This document shows, one piece after another, positions 1-6,460 of a stretch of 11,273 nt of DNA. The first letter of the stretch is position 1, and each line of letters begins with the position of its first letter. The position numbers were made by a program, and so were the translations under genes. Under the pieces are notes generated by a model that had not been told where the DNA came from, did no database searches, and worked only from the letters and a program-made list of their open reading frames with translations. The stretch is taken from the NCBI GenBank assembly GCA_964588615.1, contig CAZPQE010000188.1:1-11273 (forward strand). The letters run 5' to 3'. The stretch is from an uncultured Clostridia bacterium (GTDB lineage Bacteria; Acidobacteriota; Blastocatellia; UBA7656).

Positions 1-534
1 ACTCCTACCGGATTTCAGGGAGTGAACTTCTCTTATGCCCCCGGAAAGAACTGGACGCATGTGGTCAACGCGCAGGGCCACATTCTCTTCTACCGCCGGG
101 ACACCGGCAGCGTGCTCATCTGCACGGGAGCGCAAAGAAAGAGCGGGCATTTGAGTCCGTTCTGGTCGCACATCCTGGACTGCGGCCTGCGCTCTACGGG
201 CGAACAAATCGGCGTGCTGTTTTACAACGCAGTAACAGGTTTGTACGCCGTCGTCGATATGGATGCGACTGGAAACCCCATCACCAGAGTCTCTCCGCGC
301 TGGCAGTATTCTTTCATGCGCGCGGGCTGGACGCATGTAGTCAAAGCGCAGGAGGGATTGTTCTTCTATGACTCGTCATCTGGAGACGCAATGGCCGGCT
401 ACCTGTTGACCGCTCAGGAAGACGAGATACAGAGGCTTCAGCCGTTTCAGGTGTTGCCCGATTCCGTCGGATTCGTGTCATCCCTGCGCCCCTACAGGAA
501 GGTGTCTTCCGGCATGGCCTTCACAGGTTTCTAA
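1..534 (+). CDS. Hypothetical repeat-containing protein, 3' portion; the 5' end lies outside the window
   Basis: The reading frame is open from base 1, and the GTG at 22 is probably not the true start. It stops at TAA 532-534. It contains internal repeats: NWTHVVNAQGHILFYRRDTGS, GVLFYNAVTGLY and GWTHVVKAQEGLFFYDSSSGD. A strong hairpin follows the stop. Confidence 0.5.
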   Translation, partial: TPTGFQGVNFSYAPGKNWTHVVNAQGHILFYRRDTGSVLICTGAQRKSGHLSPFWSHILDCGLRSTGEQIGVLFYNAVTGLYAVVDMDATGNPITRVSPRWQYSFMRAGWTHVVKAQEGLFFYDSSSGDAMAGYLLTAQEDEIQRLQPFQVLPDSVGFVSSLRPYRKVSSGMAFTGF

Positions 535-557
535 ACTGATCCTTCCGCGCAAGCGCC

Positions 558-592
558 GAGGGCCGGAGCAGTCTCCGGCCCTCGTTTTTTTA
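558..592 (+). terminator. Rho-independent terminator downstream of the first CDS
   Basis: An 11-bp perfect stem, GAGGGCCGGAG (558-568) pairing with CTCCGGCCCTC (573-583), has loop CAGT and is followed by T7 in GTTTTTTTAT (585-592). It starts 24 nt after the stop codon. Confidence 0.65.
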
Positions 593-617
593 TGCCCGAT
601 CCCATCTCTGCGAATCG

Positions 618-1385
618 ATGATAAACTCTTTTCTGATGAACAGAGCGAGAGAAATCTTTTTCGAAATTCACACCGGCATTCCGAAAGAAGGGCCGGGCGA
701 CACCGCCTCGACTCGGAGAGCCTTTTCTGCAATCTCGAACCTTCCTCCTCGCCCGCGACTGCTCGACATAGGATGCGGGCCGGGAAGACAGACCTTCGAT
801 CTCGCTTCTCTGACCGACGGCGAAATCATCGCCCTGGACCTGCACTGGTCTTACCTCTCATCGCTTGAAGAAAAGGCAAAACGCGCCGGGTTTTCTGACC
901 GAATTCGAGCAGTGCAGGCGGATATGACAGCGATGGTTTTTCCTCTATCAAGTTTCGATGTTCTGTGGGCCGAAGGCTCGATCTACATCATCGGTTTTGA
1001 AAACGGTCTGACAAAGTGGAAGCCGCTGCTCAAAGACGGCGGATGGATTGCCGCAACCGAAGTGTCATGGCTGAGAGCCGATCCGCCCCGTGAAGTGAGA
1101 GATTTCTGGGCGGAGGCTTATCCGGCGATCCGCAGCGTTGAAGAAAATCTCAGGATGATCGCAAACTGCGGTTATGAGGTCATCGCTCACTTCGCGCTGC
1201 CTGAGTCGGCGTGGTGGGAAGACTACTACGATCCGATTGAACGAAAGCTCATCGCATTGAAAGAAAAATACAGAGACGACCACGAAGCTCTTTCAATCTT
1301 AGAAGGGGAGCAACAGGAGATCGATCTTTATCGAAAGCACTCCGATTTCTACGGATATGTTTTCTACGTGATGCGATCCGTCTGA
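618..1385 (+). CDS. Class I SAM-dependent methyltransferase
   Basis: The 255-aa ORF has Rossmann-fold methyltransferase motifs: motif I LDIGCGPG, post-I IIALDL, motif II FDVLWAEG and motif III LLKDGGWIA. There is no obvious SD, so the start could be ATG 618 or ATG 636. Confidence 0.7.
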   Translation: MINSFLMNRAREIFFEIHTGIPKEGPGDTASTRRAFSAISNLPPRPRLLDIGCGPGRQTFDLASLTDGEIIALDLHWSYLSSLEEKAKRAGFSDRIRAVQADMTAMVFPLSSFDVLWAEGSIYIIGFENGLTKWKPLLKDGGWIAATEVSWLRADPPREVRDFWAEAYPAIRSVEENLRMIANCGYEVIAHFALPESAWWEDYYDPIERKLIALKEKYRDDHEALSILEGEQQEIDLYRKHSDFYGYVFYVMRSV

Positions 1386-1840
1386 GAGATCATCCGAGTC
1401 ATCATGTATCGGTGGTGATCCTCGAAGCCTATCCGCCGGTAAAAGGACTGCGCGAGAGTGTTGGCCCGCTCGACTTCGAGGTGCAGAGCGCGGACTCCCG
1501 TCTCGCGGCAGGCATCTTCGACGAAGCGGACGGCCCGCTCTCCGATTCCCTGCCCGCGATGAGAAGCGCGAATGTAGATTTCATCGATGAACGCATCTTT
1601 CCCGTGATACTCAAGGCTGTAGCCGAGCGTCATCGCCACGTAACCGATCGCTTCCCTGCCCGCTCGAATCACCCACACGCGCCCCAGCGAGCGGTCAGTC
1701 ACCAGACATTCCATCGCCGACCGGGCCGCATCCGTTTCGAAAGACAAACCGTCGTGCGCGTAATACTCGCGCATCATTTCGAGCAGCAGATCGATATCTC
1801 GTCTTTCAGCGATTTCGAAAACCGGCTCCGTCATTTCCAT
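1364..1840 (-). CDS. GNAT-family N-acetyltransferase
   Basis: The ORF runs 1364..1948 on the minus strand. I prefer the ATG at 1840 ([15 protein letters not shown]...) because the longer form would overlap the start of the divergent neighbour. The acetyl-CoA binding motif [11 protein letters not shown] is present, followed by the GNAT beta-strand pattern [22 protein letters not shown]. The 3' end overlaps the convergent methyltransferase by 22 bp. Confidence 0.7.
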   Translation of the reverse strand: MEMTEPVFEIAERRDIDLLLEMMREYYAHDGLSFETDAARSAMECLVTDRSLGRVWVIRAGREAIGYVAMTLGYSLEYHGKDAFIDEIYIRASHRGQGIGERAVRFVEDACRETGVRALHLEVERANTLAQSFYRRIGFEDHHRYMMTRMISQTDRIT

Positions 1841-1919
1841 TTCAATATCTGATCGGGTAGATTTGACTCCTGCTGAGATTAACAACAAATCAAGGTCGAT
1901 GAAAGGAGATCCCGTCGCC

Positions 1920-3122
1920 ATGAAAATCGTTCGTCCGTTCATCTCCATCCCCGGTTTGATGGTCGCAACCCTGTTGTGCGTCAGCTTCGCCTATAACCAG
2001 ACTTCTGTCCCGGCGGGACAGGGGCGCGACACCAGCGCACAGGCTCTGGCCGAGCCTTTCAAGGGCCTCACCCGCGACGGCAATGTCATCGAGGGACTGT
2101 TCAAAATCCAGGCGACCGGCGTCTCGACTGAGCCGGTGCGCAAGGCCGCTGAAGCTTTCCTCGCCGCGTTGAGCCAGGAACAGCGGGCGAAAACGCTTTT
2201 CCCCGACGACGATCCCGAATGGCGCATGTGGGACAATCGCCACTTCCCCAAACGACAGGGCGTGGGCTTCAATGAAATGACGGAGGCGCAGCGCCGGCTG
2301 GCCTTCGAACTTTTACGCGCCAGCCTCAGCGCCAAAGGGTTGCAGAAGACCCGCGACATCATGCGGCTCAATGAGACGCTTGCCGAACTGACCAACAACT
2401 TCAAAGAGTATGGCGAGTGGCTCTACTGGATCACCATTATGGGCAAACCGTCGGCCACCGAACCCTGGGGCTGGCAACTCGACGGACACCACTCGATCAT
2501 CAACTACTTCGTGCTCGGCGATCAGGTAGTGATGACGCCGACCTTCGCCGGGTCGGAACCCATTCGAGCGGAGTCGGGCAAATACAAAGGCACGGTCGTG
2601 TTGCAGGACGAGCAGAACAAGGGCCTCGCATTGATGCGCGCGCTCGATGAGGCCCAGCAATCCAAAGCCGTGATTCGCGCTGAAAAAGGCTCGAACTACA
2701 ATCTGTCGGAAGCCTACCGCGACAATCTGGTTCTGGATTACGCAGGCATTCGCGCCGCCGAATTCAACTCTGAGCAGAAAAAACTGCTCCTGGCGGTCAT
2801 CGCCGAATACGTTGGCAACATGAAAGAAGGCCACGCGCGGGTGAAGATGTCGGAGGTCGAAAAACATCTCGATCAGACGTGGTTTGCCTGGATCGGAGGA
2901 GCGGAAGCGGACAGCGTTTTTTATTACCGCATTCAGAGCCCGGTGATTCTGATCGAGTTCGATCATCAGCGGCCCATAGCTCTGGGCCGGGGCGGCCCGA
3001 CGCGCAACCACATACACACAGTCGTCCGCACGCCTAACGGCAACGACTATGGTAAAGACCTGCTCCGACAGCATCACCTGCGCCATCCGCACGATCATTC
3101 CAGACAACCGGAGGAGAAATAG
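1920..3122 (+). CDS. Secreted protein, probably DUF3500 family
   Basis: Within ORF 1863..3122 the ATG at 1920 is preceded by AAGGAG (1903-1908). It is followed by a signal peptide [29 protein letters not shown]. Conserved-looking motifs are [13 protein letters not shown] and [29 protein letters not shown] assigned the DUF3500 family from memory of its motifs, not from a search. The antisense 278-aa ORF is considered spurious. Confidence 0.6.
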   Translation: MKIVRPFISIPGLMVATLLCVSFAYNQTSVPAGQGRDTSAQALAEPFKGLTRDGNVIEGLFKIQATGVSTEPVRKAAEAFLAALSQEQRAKTLFPDDDPEWRMWDNRHFPKRQGVGFNEMTEAQRRLAFELLRASLSAKGLQKTRDIMRLNETLAELTNNFKEYGEWLYWITIMGKPSATEPWGWQLDGHHSIINYFVLGDQVVMTPTFAGSEPIRAESGKYKGTVVLQDEQNKGLALMRALDEAQQSKAVIRAEKGSNYNLSEAYRDNLVLDYAGIRAAEFNSEQKKLLLAVIAEYVGNMKEGHARVKMSEVEKHLDQTWFAWIGGAEADSVFYYRIQSPVILIEFDHQRPIALGRGGPTRNHIHTVVRTPNGNDYGKDLLRQHHLRHPHDHSRQPEEK

Positions 3123-3130
3123 CGGCGCGC

Positions 3131-3223
3131 TCAACTCAAGCGATACCACAGCAGCGCCAGCAGGAGGAAGATGATGAGCAGCGCGCCGAGTTGTTGAGAA
3201 CGGGTGAAACTCATGCGCTTCAT
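3131..3223 (-). CDS. Putative 30-aa single-TM micro-protein (MKRMSFTRSQQLGALLIIFLLLALLWYRLS)
   Basis: It is not in the supplied ORF track because it is too short. The ATG at 3223 lies 8 nt downstream of the TGA stop (3232-3234) of the peroxiredoxin-like gene on the same strand. It has a basic N-terminus followed by an approximately 19-residue hydrophobic helix, and a TGA stop at 3131-3133. There is no strong SD. Confidence 0.2.
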   Translation of the reverse strand: MKRMSFTRSQQLGALLIIFLLLALLWYRLS

Positions 3224-3231
3224 CGTCGCGC

Positions 3232-3759
3232 TCACTTCACGGCTTTTTTCACTTCTTCGAGCAGAGTTTCATCCGGGGGCCGGTCGGTCGGGTTCCTGCC
3301 CACGTAAGCGTATTTTATGATACCGTCTTTGCCCACGATGAAGGCCGAAGGGTGAGCTATGCCGTCGCGCTCCTTGTCGTTGAGCACTCCGTAGGATTTG
3401 ATGACTCTGCGGTCGGCGTCCGAGAGTATCTGGAATGCGGCTCCGGTCGTCTGAGCCATCGACCAGGCGAAGTTCTGATCGTCGGCGCTGATGGTTATCA
3501 GATCGGCCCCGACCCCTTTTATCTTGTCGTAGTCCTCAGCCAGCCTGGTGAGTTGCACGGTGCAGCTTGCTCACCAGAAGCCGCGATAGAAAATGATCAC
3601 CACCGGCCCGCGCGCGGTGTGTTCAGAGAGTGTGATGAGTTTGCCATCGCCGTTGGGGATGGCGAAATCCGGCGCCTTGTCGCCCACGCGGAGCGGAGCC
3701 TGGGCTAGGGCGACAAAGGAGGCAGCCATCAACAGGAGAGCGATGAGCATCGTTTTCAT
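3232..3759 (-). CDS. Secreted peroxiredoxin-like (AhpC/TSA/redoxin family) thiol peroxidase / thiol:disulfide oxidoreductase, predicted selenoprotein with in-frame TGA (Sec) at 3571-3573
   Basis: Track ORFs 3571..3759 and 3232..3558 are in the same frame and are separated only by TGA plus 4 codons. The joined protein reads MKTMLIALLLMAASFVALA|QAPLRVGDKAPDFAIPNGDGKLITLSEHTARGPVVIIFYRGFW-[TGA]-ASCTVQLTRLAEDYDKIKGVGADLITISADDQNFAWS... It has a signal peptide and the peroxiredoxin N-terminal motif VGDKAPDF. FYRGFW-U-ASC aligns with the peroxidatic-Cys block F(Y/T)FVCPTE, so the TGA sits exactly at the catalytic Cys, giving UxxC. Peroxiredoxin-like ISADD and a C-terminal region follow. Confidence 0.6.
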
Positions 3760-3814
3760 CGTGGTCAGAACTCTAGTCGGCGCGGCCTGGTGTTGTCAAT
3801 TGATGAGAGATTGC

Positions 3815-3843
3815 AAAAAACCTGTTGAGTCGAAGCTCGAATC
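3815..3843 (+). promoter_or_regulatory. Candidate sigma70-type promoter for the PilZ gene
   Basis: The -35 TTGAGT (3815-3820) is separated by a 17-bp spacer from the -10 TATACT (3838-3843), within the AT-richer divergent intergenic region 3760-3962. An SD AAGGAG (3948-3953) lies 9 nt before ATG 3963. Confidence 0.25.
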
Positions 3844-3962
3844 CGAATATACTGAGCGCATCTTAGCTGGATGTTCATCCGGTTTGAATCAATTATGGTT
3901 TCACAAAAGGAAAACCTCTTCCGGCCTCGACGGGCCTTGCCAATCTGAAGGAGCTATCTTGT

Positions 3963-4439
3963 ATGTCGGGCTTCTGCGACCGATGTGACGAAAAGACGAG
4001 CCGAATAATCAATATCGCCAAGCTGCCTGAACTGGCTGCCATAGCCCATCTGGGCTATCGCCAGGTTTGCGATGCCTGTTACGAAGACCTGCTGGCGGAA
4101 GCGGGCGAGGTTGAAGACAGCGACGAGGATCGCAGGGTCGAGCAGCGAGCGAAAGTTTCCATCAGGGCGCGGGTCGAGGGGAACACCTCGCACCTGGAAA
4201 CTTTCTCCGAAGAGATGCTCATCGAGGAGATAAGCCCTTCGGGGCTGAGGCTGCACACCGGGCGCGACCTCGATCCCGGCGCGGTGCTCAAAATCACCGT
4301 TCCCGCTTATGGCTTCGAGACCACCGCCATCGTGCAGGTGGTCTGGCGCGACGGAGGCCAGCGCAGCGCGGGTCTCAAGCTCGTGGAACCGGGCGACGGC
4401 TGGGACAAACTCTGGCTCGAACATGGAACGGAAGAATAG
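3963..4439 (+). CDS. PilZ-domain protein with N-terminal Cys4 zinc ribbon (putative c-di-GMP receptor)
   Basis: It has a strong SD. The N-terminus carries CDRC...CDAC (C5, C8, C36, C39). The C-terminal half carries the PilZ signature RRVEQR (RxxxR) and EEISPSG (D/N-x-S-x-x-G with E in place of D/N), followed by a beta-barrel-like sequence. Confidence 0.6.
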   Translation: MSGFCDRCDEKTSRIINIAKLPELAAIAHLGYRQVCDACYEDLLAEAGEVEDSDEDRRVEQRAKVSIRARVEGNTSHLETFSEEMLIEEISPSGLRLHTGRDLDPGAVLKITVPAYGFETTAIVQVVWRDGGQRSAGLKLVEPGDGWDKLWLEHGTEE

Positions 4440-4606
4440 TTCTTTGCCCTTCGTCATTGGTCATTTGCTGGTAATCTCTGCTCAGAAATTTGCCCTTCAA
4501 GCACTTCGAACAAGGCGCAGGCAACTGACAAAGAACAAAGGACCAATGACAAAGGACGAATGACAAATAGTTGCTTTGCCGCAAAGACTCGACTAACCTA
4601 CCCCGG

Positions 4607-5926
4607 ATGACTGCGAATCACTCGATATCTTTTTTGCGCTGCATAGAAGAAGAATGCCGGGCGCAATATCCCACGAACGAGAAAATCTATTCCTGCACGG
4701 CGTGCGGCGGCCTGATCGATGTCGCGTATGATTTTCATCTATCGGCAGGCGGCGAAGAATTGAAAAGCGTCTTCAGACAACGGCGGGCCAGCGATGAGGC
4801 AATCGACAGGAGCGGCGTGTGGCGCTTTAGAGAACTGCTGCCGTTTCTCGCCGACCTTTCGCGCGTGGTCACGCTATATGAAGGCAACACTCCCGTCTAT
4901 GACGCGCCTCGCTCTGCTGCACGCGCCGGACTCGATGCGCTTGGCTTCAAGCATCAGGGGATGAACCCAACGGGTTCGTTCAAAGACAACGGGATGACGA
5001 CGGGCGCAAGTCAGGCTCGCGCGCTCGGCGCGCGAGCTGTCGCCTGCGCTTCGACCGGAAACACATCAGCTTCCGTTGCGGCCTACGCTGCCAGAGCCGA
5101 TATGCGCGCATTCGTCTTCATCCCTGCGGGGCAGGTGGCCTATGGCAAGCTCTCTCAATCGCTCGAATACGGCGCGATGGTCGTTGAGATCGAAGGCAAC
5201 TTCGACGATGCCATGCGACTCGTGCGCGAGATAGCTGAAGAAACTGACATCTATCTTTTGAACTCGGTCAATCCGTTTCGGCTCGAAGGACAGAAGGCGA
5301 TCATCATCGAGATGATGGAACAACTCTCGTGGCGCGCGCCCGACTGGATAGTCGTGCCGGGCGGCAACCTGGGCAATTCGTCTTCGTTCGGCAAGGCTCT
5401 GCGCGAGCTTTACGATTTGAAACTGATTGATCGCCTGCCGCGCCTTGCCGTCATTCAGGCCGAGGGAGCCGCGCCGTTTTACCATCTGATCGAGTCAGAC
5501 AGGAGCGCGCTTCGATCAATCGCTCATCCGGCTACGCTTGCGACTGCCATAAGGATCGGCAACCCGGTGTCGTGGAAGAAAGCTCTGCGCGCTCTTCGAT
5601 GGACTGACGGAATCGTCGAGCGGGTGAGCGAGCAGGAGATAGCCGACGCAAAAGCCGTCATCGGAAGCGACGGCATAGGATGCGAGCCTGCGTCTGCTGC
5701 CACGCTTGCGGGAATAAAACGACTCGTCGCGCGGGGAGTGATCGAAAAGGGCGCAAGCGTCGTAGGAGTGCTGACGGGCAACATGATGAAAGACCCGTCC
5801 TACACGATCGATTATCACACCGACTCGCTGAAGTTCGGTGAGCAACTGATCAAAGGCAATTTCGCAAACCGGCCTGTCCGCGTTCCGGCGGACAAAGACG
5901 CCATCAGGCGAATTCTGAATCTGTGA
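4607..5926 (+). CDS. thrC: Threonine synthase (PLP-dependent, fold type II) with N-terminal zinc-ribbon
   Basis: The PLP-lysine motif NPTGSFKDNGMT (cf. TGSFKDRG) is present, together with the glycine-rich GGNLGN loop and an N-terminal CIEEEC...CTACGG ribbon typical of one threonine synthase subfamily. I prefer the ATG at 4607 (MTANHSISFLRC...) to the TTG at 4571 given by the ORF track. Confidence 0.85.
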   Translation: MTANHSISFLRCIEEECRAQYPTNEKIYSCTACGGLIDVAYDFHLSAGGEELKSVFRQRRASDEAIDRSGVWRFRELLPFLADLSRVVTLYEGNTPVYDAPRSAARAGLDALGFKHQGMNPTGSFKDNGMTTGASQARALGARAVACASTGNTSASVAAYAARADMRAFVFIPAGQVAYGKLSQSLEYGAMVVEIEGNFDDAMRLVREIAEETDIYLLNSVNPFRLEGQKAIIIEMMEQLSWRAPDWIVVPGGNLGNSSSFGKALRELYDLKLIDRLPRLAVIQAEGAAPFYHLIESDRSALRSIAHPATLATAIRIGNPVSWKKALRALRWTDGIVERVSEQEIADAKAVIGSDGIGCEPASAATLAGIKRLVARGVIEKGASVVGVLTGNMMKDPSYTIDYHTDSLKFGEQLIKGNFANRPVRVPADKDAIRRILNL

Positions 5927-5967
5927 AAATCCGCAGGAATCTGCGCAATCTGCGGATCGGAGGAGAG

Positions 5968-6396
5968 ATGAAAACCAGAGCCATCATTTTAAGCGCGATC
6001 GTTCTGCTTGCCGCCGTCGGCGCGCAGTCGTCGCAGGATCAGCCTTACGTGGTCGAGTACTACTACAAAGCGAAGTGGGGCTATGCCGACGAGTTCATAC
6101 GATTGTTCAAGAAGAATCACTATCCGATTCTCAGGAAGCAGATCGAGAGTGGCCGCATGCGTGAAGTGCGAGCCGAGCGACCGCGTTATCACACGACTGA
6201 AGAGGGCCGCTGGGATTATCGCGTTACTATCGTTTTCAAAAACGCTGCTGTCGCGATGGATTCGAGCAGCGAAGACGCCATCATCCGCCAGCTTTATCCC
6301 GATCAGGAAACTTTCCGACGCGAAGAACAACGCCGCTTCGAAATACTTTTAGCGCACTGGGATGTGCCTGTCGTCAGCCTTCCGCTTGAGCCTTGA
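5968..6396 (+). CDS. Small secreted hypothetical protein (about 143 aa)
   Basis: The ATG at 5968 is preceded by GGAGG (5959-5963). A signal peptide MKTRAIILSAIVLLAAVGAQS is present. The mature part (YVVEYYYKAKWGYADEFIRLF...WDYRVTIVFKN) is compatible with a small alpha+beta fold, but I did not recognise a family. The alternative GTG at 5923 overlaps the thrC stop. Confidence 0.55.
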   Translation: MKTRAIILSAIVLLAAVGAQSSQDQPYVVEYYYKAKWGYADEFIRLFKKNHYPILRKQIESGRMREVRAERPRYHTTEEGRWDYRVTIVFKNAAVAMDSSSEDAIIRQLYPDQETFRREEQRRFEILLAHWDVPVVSLPLEP

Positions 6397-6420
6397 TAGA
6401 TCGAAGCATCAGGCTGATGT

Positions 6421-6453
6421 AGGGCAATGTGAGGCGATGCCTTACATTGCCCT
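6421..6453. terminator. Strong hairpin between convergent genes (possible bidirectional terminator or REP-like palindrome)
   Basis: AGGGCAATGTGAGGC (6421-6435) pairs with GCCTTACATTGCCCT (6439-6453). This gives a 15-bp stem with one G.T position and a 3-nt GAT loop. There is no U-tract on either side. It is flanked by a 9-bp direct repeat GCATCAGGC (6406-6414 and 6458-6466). Confidence 0.3.
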
Positions 6454-6460
6454 CACCGCA

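Noticed and set aside
1863-1891. TTGACT (1863-1868) as a -35 for the DUF3500-like gene.
   Set aside because: No acceptable -10 lies at a 16-18-bp spacing (CAAATC or ACAAAT). The hexamer lies only about 50 nt from the start codon. It is too weak to report as a feature.
1841-1948. Longer form of the GNAT gene starting at 1948 ([16 protein letters not shown]...).
   Set aside because: The extension would overlap the start and signal-peptide coding region of the divergent DUF3500-like gene. The GNAT fold is complete from the ATG at 1840. The extension is hydrophobic and shows no acetyltransferase homology.
2313-3149. Long antisense ORFs in the track opposite real genes: 2313..3149(-), 1412..1852(+), 1991..2404(-), 3352..3708(+), 3954..4457(-), 5066..5485(-), 6362..6952(+), 6453..7241(-), 7561..7968(+), 7625..8269(-), 8346..8711(-), 10114..10560(+).
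   Set aside because: These are typical high-GC shadow ORFs. They lack recognisable motifs, signal peptides or RBSs. Each fully overlaps a partner-strand ORF that has clear family signatures. They are Arg/Ala/Gly-rich, consistent with out-of-frame GC-rich codons.
3122-3189. 9-bp inverted repeat CGGCGCGCT (3122-3130) / AGCGCGCCG (3181-3189) spanning 50 nt between convergent genes.
   Set aside because: It is made largely of the self-complementary GCGCGC core, which is common by chance in GC-rich DNA. The intervening sequence is better explained as the micro-ORF coding region. There is no U-tract.
3232-3759. Reading the redoxin locus as two separate genes (62 aa + 108 aa) or as a disrupted pseudogene.
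   Set aside because: The two ORFs are in the same frame and only 4 codons apart. The 62-aa piece would be a signal peptide plus half a thioredoxin fold. The interrupting codon is TGA, exactly at the catalytic Cys position. A Sec codon explains this better than decay, where a frameshift or random stop position would be expected.
3815-3845. Possible tRNA because of the GCTCGAATCCGAA T-arm-like string (3825-3837).
   Set aside because: There is no GGTTCGA T-loop context. No acceptor stem or anticodon arm can be built around it. It lies within a promoter-like AT-rich intergenic region.
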